A stretch of DNA of 15,215 nt from a virus (Duplodnaviria > Heunggongvirae > Uroviricota > Caudoviricetes): IMG/VR virus record IMGVR_UViG_2627853678_000004; one strand, given 5' to 3'. Positions 1-6,592 of this stretch are shown here, piece by piece. Position 1 is the stretch's first letter; every line of letters begins with the position of its first letter. The translations under genes and the position numbers were made by a program. A model generated the notes under the pieces. The model was not told the DNA's origin, searched no databases, and saw only the letters and a list, made by a program, of their open reading frames with translations.

Positions 1-588
1 CTTGGCAGTCTCAGCCTCTCTACTGGGCAGTCGGTGATAAAAAAAGCCGAATACCAGGGTGGAGATAATTACCACATCATGGTTAGAAACATAGTGTTGC
101 AGCGCGATGTACAGCACGGCGGAGGCAAATGAGACACCGGCATACAACTCTTTCTGGAATACCAGTGGGATACGTTTACAGAACATATCGCGCAAAACGC
201 CGCCAAACACGCCGGTGGTTACCGCCGCGACAACGGCAATAATTGGGCCGTGCCCCATATCCAGTGCAACCTGTGCGCCGATGATAGAAAAGACCACCAG
301 TCCAAGCGCATCGAGCACCAGAAACACTTTGCGCAGGTAAGGCATTACAGGAGCAACGATAGTGGTGAGTACTGCGGCGGTAGCGACGATAATCACATAT
401 TCCGGGTGTTTGACCCAGCCGAGCGGATAGTGGCCCAGCAGAATATCGCGCACTGACCCTCCGCCAATTGCGGTGGCGGTCGCAATAATAATTACGCCAA
501 ATGTATCCATGCGGCGTCGCCCGGCCGCCAGAGCCCCCGTCATGGCTTCGGCAGTAATGCCAACCAAATACAAAATGTGTAACAGCAT
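1..588 (-). CDS. yicG: UPF0126-family inner membrane protein YicG, 5' portion (3' end lies beyond the window start)
   Basis: Minus-strand reading from ATG at 586-588 gives [32 protein letters not shown]..., a hydrophobic protein with the two GxxxRD-type repeats of the UPF0126 family. A GGGAGAG Shine-Dalgarno precedes the ATG. The ORF is still open at position 1. Identification as yicG is from recalled sequence and its adjacency to dinD. Confidence 0.75.
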   Translation of the reverse strand, partial: MLLHILYLVGITAEAMTGALAAGRRRMDTFGVIIIATATAIGGGSVRDILLGHYPLGWVKHPEYVIIVATAAVLTTIVAPVMPYLRKVFLVLDALGLVVFSIIGAQVALDMGHGPIIAVVAAVTTGVFGGVLRDMFCKRIPLVFQKELYAGVSFASAVLYIALQHYVSNHDVVIISTLVFGFFYHRLPSREAETAK

Positions 589-879
589 GGTTCTCTCCCT
601 AAAAATCTGTCTGGCAGGGTAGCGATTTGTGCGTATTGTCACGATTGAGATTTTTTAAGGTGAGAGGAAATTGATAACTTGTAGTTATGTGAAATCGCTA
701 TTTTCTGTAGCGTAGATGCATTCTTCTGACTTCTTGTCTGAGAAAATGCATAAGAAAAAATAGGTTAAAATTGAGGGGTGGAAAAGAAAGGTGCAATGTT
801 TAGCCATTGTGTTCACCGCACCTGGACTTTGGCTTACGCATCGGGTATCTCAATCAACAAAAAGAGTTTTTAGTTTCTG

Positions 880-1704
880 CTATTTCTTCTCTGTAATTTT
901 TACACTGTTTTCCAACTGCTTGATGCTGACCTGCGGGGTCGGCAACTCCTCAGGCATGGTTCCGCCAAGTTCCTGAATGGTTTGCCTCACCTTGCTACCC
1001 ACGTCAAAGTGTGTGGTATTAGCTTGCTGTTTTGAATTCACGCCATCCCGCTTGAGTTTTTCTTCTGTTTGGGTAGCTCGAAAGAGATTAGCCGCCAGTT
1101 CTGTTGAACCCATATGATCCAGGATCTTCTGACTCTTTTTCAGCCCCTTCCGCTGATGGATGGCTTTCTGATCTAATCCACCATACAGCCCCCGGTAACC
1201 ATGATTCTGAAATATGGCGAAATCGATAGCTGTCGCTACCCCAGCTTGCTGCGCTGCCTCAACCAATTGTTTGTTATGTTCTTTCAATTCATTTCTCAGA
1301 AAAAGACGCTTTTCGTCTTCACGAAGTTGCCTGAAAGCTTCATCGTCAGCCAGCTCCTGCCGTCGGGTCTGGATAGCAAAATAAGTTTGCCCTGCCGCAA
1401 TAACCGGTTTCGCAGGGTCGCCGTTTTGTACTACCAGGTAACAGGCATAGCGGGAGAGATGAACATCTTCAAGTTCTCGTTGAGCCCCTGAACCTAATAC
1501 AACCATTTTGGTGGTTTCAACGAAATGGTCAGATGCAGCTTGATTGCTGGCTTCGCACGCTTGAGTCGCGCGGGCCAGTACCTTTTGAAAATTGCGCCAG
1601 TCCCGATAATCCAGTAACGGTGCCAATTCTCTAGCTGACCAAAATTCTTGCCCTTCAGTGCCATAATGCCGTATTTCTTCAAAAGGTTGATGATGTTCGT
1701 TCAT
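880..1704 (-). CDS. dinD: DNA damage-inducible protein D (DinD)
   Basis: The six-frame ORF 880..1716 has its first good start at the internal ATG 1702-1704 (MNEHHQPFEEIRHYG...), preceded by GGAG at 6 nt spacing. A perfect LexA box lies 44 bp upstream and yicG is the downstream neighbour, as in E. coli K-12. Identity is from recalled sequence. Confidence 0.8.
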   Translation of the reverse strand: MNEHHQPFEEIRHYGTEGQEFWSARELAPLLDYRDWRNFQKVLARATQACEASNQAASDHFVETTKMVVLGSGAQRELEDVHLSRYACYLVVQNGDPAKPVIAAGQTYFAIQTRRQELADDEAFRQLREDEKRLFLRNELKEHNKQLVEAAQQAGVATAIDFAIFQNHGYRGLYGGLDQKAIHQRKGLKKSQKILDHMGSTELAANLFRATQTEEKLKRDGVNSKQQANTTHFDVGSKVRQTIQELGGTMPEELPTPQVSIKQLENSVKITEKK

Positions 1705-1747
1705 TGCCCACTCCATGTGATATCGATTGCAAAGAAAGTAAATCTGT

Positions 1748-1767
1748 AACTGTATTTATATACAGTT
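1748..1767. promoter_or_regulatory. LexA (SOS) box upstream of dinD
   Basis: AACTGTATTTATATACAGTT is an exact CTGT-N8-ACAG palindrome. Its reverse complement AACTGTATATAAATACAGTT matches my recollection of the dinD operator. Confidence 0.75.
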
Positions 1768-1859
1768 GTGAGTATCTCACGTTCTCAGTGTGCTGGGCAA
1801 AAAAACATCGCAAAATCTGGAGCAGGCACGCAAAACAGAATTGAAGTTGCGGGGAAGAA

Positions 1860-1898
1860 AAATGCCGCTCTGTTTGAGTGGGCGGCATTTGTGAAGGC
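1860..1898 (-). terminator. putative intrinsic terminator between the DinD paralog and the dinD promoter
   Basis: A perfect 9 bp stem (AAATGCCGC at 1860-1868 pairing with GCGGCATTT at 1882-1890) encloses a 13 nt loop. On the minus-strand RNA it is followed by UUUUUCUU. Confidence 0.4.
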
Positions 1899-2054
1899 TG
1901 AAAAGTAAGAATTGGCGTTACGAGTTATTCAATGTTGAATCTGTTTATTGAGTAGGTTGATTAAAGCTGCGTGGTTGCTGGTTTTTTTATAATGCGTTTT
2001 TTCATTAGGTACACCCTTGTGTACACCGTAAAGTGATGTGCTTAAAGGCTGCGT

Positions 2055-2879
2055 CTATTTTTTATCCAGCTTCTTGGCGGCAGATTCTAATTGTTTGATG
2101 CTTTTTTCCGGTACGGGCAGATTCTCTGGCATTGTCCCGCCTAGCTCCTGGATTGTTTGCCTAACTTTCCGGCCGACCTCGAAGTGAGTTTCATTAGCTT
2201 TTTGCTTCGATTTAACATTATCTCTGCGGAGCTTTTCTTCTGCCTGAGTCGCTCGGAACAGGTTGGCTGCCAATTCGGTAGAACCCATGTGATCGAGTAT
2301 CTTTTGGCTCTTTTTAAGACCTTTTCGCTGATGGATAGCCTTTTGGTCTAACCCGCCATAAAGCCCCTTGTATCCGTGATTCTGGAAGATTGCAAAGTCC
2401 AATGTTGTTTCAACACCAGCTTGCTGTGCTGCCTCAACAAGTTGCTTGTTGTGTTCCTTTAACTCGTTTCGGAGAAAAAGGCGCTTTTGATCCTCGCGGA
2501 GTCGCTTGAATGTTTCATCGTCAGCTAGTTCTTGCCGTCTGGTCTGTATTGCAAAATATGTTTGCCCAGCAGCAATAACTGGCTTGCTAGGATCGCCGTT
2601 CTGCACAACTAGATAGCAGGCATATCTGGACAAATGAACATCTTCCAACTCTCGTTGGGCACCAGACCCTAGAACAACCATTTTGGTGGTATCAACGAAA
2701 TGGTCTGAAACCTCTTGGTTGCTGGTTTCACACGCCTGAGCTGCTCGTGATAGAACGTTTTGAAAGTTTCGCCAATCTCGATAATCCAGTAGTGGTGCCA
2801 AATCTCTTGCTGACCAATATTCCTGCCCTTCGCTTCCATATTGTCGTAAGTCTTCAAATGGTTGATGGTGCTCGTTCAT
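2055..2879 (-). CDS. DinD-like paralog (274 aa), probably element-borne
   Basis: Full-length ORF starting MNEHHQPFEDLRQYG..., roughly 85-90% amino-acid identity to the adjacent dinD by eye but clearly diverged at nucleotide level. Same GGAGTG-type Shine-Dalgarno. No CTGT-N8-ACAG box is visible in its upstream region 2880-3013. Confidence 0.75.
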   Translation of the reverse strand: MNEHHQPFEDLRQYGSEGQEYWSARDLAPLLDYRDWRNFQNVLSRAAQACETSNQEVSDHFVDTTKMVVLGSGAQRELEDVHLSRYACYLVVQNGDPSKPVIAAGQTYFAIQTRRQELADDETFKRLREDQKRLFLRNELKEHNKQLVEAAQQAGVETTLDFAIFQNHGYKGLYGGLDQKAIHQRKGLKKSQKILDHMGSTELAANLFRATQAEEKLRRDNVKSKQKANETHFEVGRKVRQTIQELGGTMPENLPVPEKSIKQLESAAKKLDKK

Positions 2880-3013
2880 TGCTCACTCCATGTATTGGCT
2901 TGATGTTCAAGTGTGGTGACTTTTACTGGCGCTACTGCTAGCGGAGAGACTCAATATCTCACATCCTGATTAATGTATGATAGAGGTATCCCACAATAAG
3001 GAACCAGCCAGCC

Positions 3014-3373
3014 ATGAGAATGACCAACCGCAAAAAAGAGATACTCAGCTACTTTGAGCCGGATAACCTCGAATGGGTGACAGGTGAGATTGGTGCGCCG
3101 CCGTTCGATGTATCGGGCGTGGCCTACCTGCTTCACGGCATGGTGTCGTTCGATAATCGCCACCAGCTCGAATCAACCCGGCGCACGCTGGAAAACATGG
3201 TTGCTGGTGGACTGCTTGAGCGGGTGACAGTGTATGAATCGCGCCAGATACGGCGCGGCGGTGAGACTAACGCAACGGTCGTGCGCTACGGTTTACCCGG
3301 TCAGTGCGCTGTTATGCGCGATACTGGCGGCGCTGATAACGCAATATCAGGTGAATACATGCGGGTCAGTTAA
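3014..3373 (+). CDS. hypothetical protein (119 aa)
   Basis: The only convincing plus-strand ORF in the window; non-repetitive protein-like composition (MRMTNRKKEILSYFEPDNLEWVTGEIGAPPFDVSG...). An AGGAA lies upstream, and 3020 is an alternative ATG. I do not recognise the family. Confidence 0.45.
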   Translation: MRMTNRKKEILSYFEPDNLEWVTGEIGAPPFDVSGVAYLLHGMVSFDNRHQLESTRRTLENMVAGGLLERVTVYESRQIRRGGETNATVVRYGLPGQCAVMRDTGGADNAISGEYMRVS

Positions 3374-3908
3374 TAGCCTGCAATCTGTCGTTGATGCGGC
3401 TCAGGTCGTAAACCCGGCGTTCAATATCCAGCATCAGGAAATTGTGGATCTCGGCCTGCTCAGGATTATCAGACTCTCTGGCCTGTAATAGCAATTCATT
3501 GTAACCATGCAAGCCGCCTGAGTTTTCCGCCGGGGTGGTGCCTTTCCCACGCAGGCAGCTAATGGGCTGATTGCTCGTATCGTGTGTTTGCTTCTCCAGC
3601 ACAATGACGCAATCCCACCAGTCGCCAAAGTCATACGTGTAAACCAGCTTGTCACCATCATTCTGGAGCGCTGCCCATAGTGGTGTGATTGCCGCATTAC
3701 CCATGCTTTCATCCTCACCCCATACGCGATACTCGCTACCGGGATCACCTTTACGCCCTTTCTCGAACATATACAGGTGTTCGTCATTCCAGCCAAAAGC
3801 CAACTGGATCACCGCGTGAAGTTCACTAAAGGGGATTTGCTCTGGAACCAGCACACGCCGCCATATAGGTGGTTTGCTGTCTCGGATGGTTATCTTTAGC
3901 TGGTACAT
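3366..3908 (-). CDS. pRiA4b ORF-3-like family protein
   Basis: Start placed at the internal ATG 3906-3908 (MYQLKITIRDSKPPIWRRVLVPEQIPFSELHAVIQLAFGWNDEHLYMF...), with AGGA 7 nt upstream. The YQLK...PPIWRR...GW.D.HL pattern is the recalled signature of the pRiA4b ORF-3-like domain. The six-frame ORF extends to 3956 without support. Confidence 0.6.
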   Translation of the reverse strand: MYQLKITIRDSKPPIWRRVLVPEQIPFSELHAVIQLAFGWNDEHLYMFEKGRKGDPGSEYRVWGEDESMGNAAITPLWAALQNDGDKLVYTYDFGDWWDCVIVLEKQTHDTSNQPISCLRGKGTTPAENSGGLHGYNELLLQARESDNPEQAEIHNFLMLDIERRVYDLSRINDRLQAIN

Positions 3909-3991
3909 GCAAATCCTGAATAAATGCGAATCGGAAGGATAACGATACTGACGCACTCACAATTCTGTAAAGGTGAATAAAGGTAATTTGC

Positions 3992-4213
3992 TTAATAAGC
4001 ATAAGTTACATGCGGAATAATCCCGTATCTACTGCGTGGCGCTGGCTTCTTCCACTGGTAGGCAGGCGCTCGCATCATCTCCCCGAACCGTTTGCGCCGG
4101 GCTGTATCAGCTTCAATAATGCGCTCCATTTCCCGAACCTCTGCCGGGGTAAGCTGGTGGCCTTCATGCTCCAGTTTAGCGGCTGTGATTGCGGCTATCT
4201 GCTGTGGTGTCAT
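3992..4213 (-). CDS. small hypothetical protein (73 aa)
   Basis: Internal ATG at 4211-4213 with AGGGG 8 nt upstream; product MTPQQIAAITAAKLEHEGHQLTPAEVREMERIIEADTARRKRF.... The longer ORF to 4369 adds only a low-complexity basic extension and runs across a strong hairpin. Confidence 0.35.
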   Translation of the reverse strand: MTPQQIAAITAAKLEHEGHQLTPAEVREMERIIEADTARRKRFGEMMRAPAYQWKKPAPRSRYGIIPHVTYAY

Positions 4214-4294
4214 GGTTGCCCCTGTTGCGTAGTTTTGGGCGATCAATATACTGTCCAAAACATAATTGCGCCGGGTATTAGTCTGTCCGCTCTC

Positions 4295-4321
4295 AAACGC
4301 CCTTTTGGGCGTTTTGCTTTT
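4295..4321 (+). terminator. terminator-like hairpin
   Basis: AAACGCCC-TTTT-GGGCGTTT is a perfect 8 bp stem with a 4 nt loop, followed on the plus strand by TGCTTTT. It lies in the leader of the 73-aa gene; functional strand is uncertain. Confidence 0.35.
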
Positions 4322-4482
4322 ACAGCTTCGGGCCAATATCTTTGGCAGCTTTCCCCGTCTTACGCTCAATCACGCCCGTGATATAGCTGCGCGTTCTGTT
4401 TCTCACTGGCTGGCCTCCTGCGAATTACTGCGCATTAACTGCGATCTGCGCAAAAAATGAATGAGAGATAATAAGCGTTTTT

Positions 4483-4568
4483 CTGCGTACTGCGCACCAG
4501 TGGCGCGAACCAGAATATTTTGGACTGCCTAAATCGAATATGGCTTCCAGCCCGCTACTGGCGCGGTT
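4483..4568. repeat. copy 1 of an ~86 bp conserved intergenic repeat
   Basis: CTGCGTACTGCGCACCAGTGGCGCGAACCAG...GGCTTCCAGCCCGCTACTGGCGCGGTTC aligns to 5268-5354 at roughly 85% identity, and the final 26 bp are identical. Confidence 0.8.
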
Positions 4569-4638
4569 CTCTCTTCATATGGGCTTTGAGTCTGTCCAGT
4601 ACAGTCCAGTATTTCAACATTGGTGACTATACGGATTG

Positions 4639-5016
4639 CTAACATGCGCCGCTTTTTTTAACCCTTCGCAGATCCCGCCTTGCTTGCATTGAAACGGCTC
4701 TCGCTAATCTCAGCTCAAGCCGTGCGATTCTGTCGGCATGTAGCCCCATGAGTCCGTTAATCAATGTCATCTCGCGCCATTCTTCTGTTCCCGGCGTCGG
4801 ATTATTCGCCAGTAATAGCCCGTATCTCTCAGCCAGCATGAGGTTTCTTGCACGATTTCGCACCAGCGGAGAAAGCGCCTCTCCCCCCTCAAATGGGAAG
4901 AATGCCCGCCGACTGCGTTCGCCATGTTTGACGGCATTAGTATTGCCCAATGGTGCGCCTGCGCCTTTCCGCTTGCCACCCCATCCCGATCTTGATTGTT
5001 GGCTATTTTTTTTCAT
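4639..5016 (-). CDS. small basic protein with a GxGxPxGNxNAxKHG motif, possibly terminase small subunit-like
   Basis: ORF with ATG at 5014-5016 (MKKNSQQSRSGWGGKRKGAGAPLGNTNAVKHGERSRR...). I recall the N-terminal motif from some phage small-terminase or DNA-packaging proteins. The Shine-Dalgarno is weak and the function assignment is tentative. Confidence 0.4.
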   Translation of the reverse strand: MKKNSQQSRSGWGGKRKGAGAPLGNTNAVKHGERSRRAFFPFEGGEALSPLVRNRARNLMLAERYGLLLANNPTPGTEEWREMTLINGLMGLHADRIARLELRLARAVSMQARRDLRRVKKSGAC

Positions 5017-5267
5017 TTAACGGCTCACTGTGCGCATTTTTGTGCGCAAAAACCTTAACAAACCCTAACAATACCTTAATAAAACTGTATATCTAACTTC
5101 CGCCATCTACTGCGAACTGATAGCGCCCAAGCCAGAAATATCAAGCCTCTCCACCATTTTGCGAATGCGCAATTCGCGCTTACAAATTACTGCGAATTCG
5201 CAATTTCTGTACGCAATGCCACCGTTAGCATTTGTCAGGTAGTACGCACGTTGAATACGCAGTTTTG

Positions 5268-5354
5268 CTGCGCACTGCGTACCAGTGGAACGAACCAGAT
5301 ATTTAGGACGTCCTGAATCACGATTTGGCTTCCAGCCCGCTACTGGCGCGGGTC
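5268..5354. repeat. copy 2 of the ~86 bp conserved intergenic repeat
   Basis: CTGCGCACTGCGTACCAGTGGAACGAACCAG...GGCTTCCAGCCCGCTACTGGCGCGGGTC; contains the perfect palindrome AGGACGTCCT. Direct repeat of 4483-4568. Confidence 0.8.
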
Positions 5355-5420
5355 TGGCGCTGCTAGGGTTTTAAATCCGTACTAAACAGTACTAAATTTT
5401 CCGCCGTTTGGGTGCGAAAC

Positions 5421-5732
5421 TTACTGCGAACCATCGCCCCCGCTGGTGGTATGCCGTTGCCTCTTGCCGCCATTTAACCGGAAGGCGTTACCGTTCGGTT
5501 GCGCTATCCCCATGCGGTGCTGAGTTTCGGTGACAGCTTTATGCAGGTCGCCAAAGTCCTCAACCTTCACGGGCGGGCGCTTCACGTTCTCCAGACACGT
5601 TTCACGGCGGCGCTTTATCCATTCCCGATCATCGTCCTCGGTGCATAACAGCATGACTTCCATCCATCGCGCGGCGGCGCGTCGGTACAGCCCTTTTGCT
5701 TCCAGATCCTCAGCTTTGCTGTCGTTTACCAT
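5421..5732 (-). CDS. PerC-family transcriptional regulator
   Basis: ATG at 5730-5732 preceded by GAGGGGGG; product MVNDSKAEDLEAKGLYRRAAARWMEVMLLCTEDDDREWIKRRRETCL..., matching the recalled PerC-family N-terminal pattern. It sits 11 nt downstream of the ssb stop. Confidence 0.65.
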   Translation of the reverse strand: MVNDSKAEDLEAKGLYRRAAARWMEVMLLCTEDDDREWIKRRRETCLENVKRPPVKVEDFGDLHKAVTETQHRMGIAQPNGNAFRLNGGKRQRHTTSGGDGSQ

Positions 5733-5743
5733 GTTCACCCCCC

Positions 5744-6205
5744 TCAGAATGGCGTTTCATCGTCGAATGGTGGGCGCTGGTCAAAATCATCAGGGGTGTT
5801 ATATAGCTCCCATCCCGGCGCGGATTGCGTTTCGTGGCCCCTGCTGGCTCCACTTGCTTTGACTGACTCGGCCCGCTTCCCGCCGGGGCGTACCGTTCTG
5901 GCGCTGATCACGCTGTCGGCTACTACCTGATACCCCTGCTGTGTACCGCCATCCTTGCCCGCCCACTGATTGACCTGCATCGCTCCGGCAACACTGACTA
6001 AATCGCCTTTAACGTGTCCTGCCAGTGCGTCGGCCTGTTTGCCGAATGCCACCACGCCCAGCCAGAAAGTAACCTCTCCGCCCTCTGCTGCATGGCAAGG
6101 CAGTGCCACCGCTAAACGCCCCATTGTCATGCTGCCGCCGCTGTTTGTCGTTCTGGTCTGGGGATCTGCCACCAGCCGCCCGTAGGCTGATATCTGTGCT
6201 GTCAT
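5744..6205 (-). CDS. ssb: single-stranded DNA-binding protein
   Basis: 153 aa with OB-fold-like N-terminal region, a Gly/Gln-rich linker and the acidic C-terminal tail FDDETPF typical of bacterial and phage SSBs. GAGGT Shine-Dalgarno. Confidence 0.75.
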   Translation of the reverse strand: MTAQISAYGRLVADPQTRTTNSGGSMTMGRLAVALPCHAAEGGEVTFWLGVVAFGKQADALAGHVKGDLVSVAGAMQVNQWAGKDGGTQQGYQVVADSVISARTVRPGGKRAESVKASGASRGHETQSAPGWELYNTPDDFDQRPPFDDETPF

Positions 6206-6307
6206 TTTGCGAATACCTCGAATTATTAGTTTTGCTAATGAAGATTGCCCGGCACCGTCTTATTGTGGGACACCTTCGCCAGATTTTTTTGTATATAACA
6301 AAAATAG

Positions 6308-6567
6308 TGTTGTCTCTGTTGTCTTTGTTGTCTCACGGCTCTACAGGCCGCGCCACGTCTGGGTTTTGCTGAGACAACATTTGCAATTTCGTGTTGTCTC
6401 ACCCGGCATAAATGTTGTCTCACTGCCTGCCGGACTAAAAACACACGTTCGCCCTGTTGTCTCAAAATGGCTAAATGTTGTCTCAATGTTGTCTCAAAAA
6501 TTAAAATAAAATCCTTATAAATCAATGTAACTTACAAAATGAGACAACAAAGACAACAGAGACAACA
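6308..6567. repeat. iteron array and AT-rich tract: putative replication origin
   Basis: Eleven copies of TGTTGTCTC or its complement, counting two one-base variants. A perfect 27 bp inverted repeat (6308-6334 against 6541-6567) brackets the region, and an AT-rich tract lies at 6496-6540. The array sits directly 3' of the primase-helicase gene. Confidence 0.6.
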
Positions 6568-6592
6568 CTAAAACTACGTATGTGAAAAAAGA

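Noticed and set aside
107-456. Plus-strand ORFs 107..340 and 250..456
   Set aside because: They are antisense to the well-supported yicG coding sequence and have no ribosome-binding site.
714-760. Imperfect inverted repeat ATGCATTCTTCTGAC...GTCTGAGAAAATGCAT between dinD and yicG
   Set aside because: The stem is imperfect and there is no adjacent U-run on either strand, so I did not call it a terminator. It may be an unrelated regulatory palindrome.
2880-3013. LexA box upstream of the DinD paralog
   Set aside because: I found no CTGT-N8-ACAG match on either strand by eye; a position-weight-matrix scan should confirm.
3434-3796. 120-aa minus-strand ORF
   Set aside because: Alternative frame inside the pRiA4b-ORF3-like gene; its Cys/Arg/Trp-rich composition is typical of out-of-frame translation.
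3992-4369. 125-aa ORF as a single CDS
   Set aside because: The N-terminal 52 codons are low-complexity and basic, and overlap a strong hairpin and T-run. The internal ATG at 4213 has a good ribosome-binding site, so the shorter CDS was preferred.
4010-4381. 123-aa plus-strand ORF
   Set aside because: Antisense to the small gene and leader; Cys/Trp-rich product with no ribosome-binding site.
6207-6525. ORFs 6207..6509 (+) and 6235..6525 (-) inside the iteron region
   Set aside because: Their sequences are dominated by the TGTTGTCTC repeats (VVSVVFVV... and RQQRQQRQ... translations), so they are most likely repeat artefacts rather than genes.
6308-6567. Possible CRISPR array
   Set aside because: The repeat unit is only 9 bp, spacing is irregular, copies occur in both orientations, and there are no cas genes. 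It fits an iteron origin, not CRISPR.
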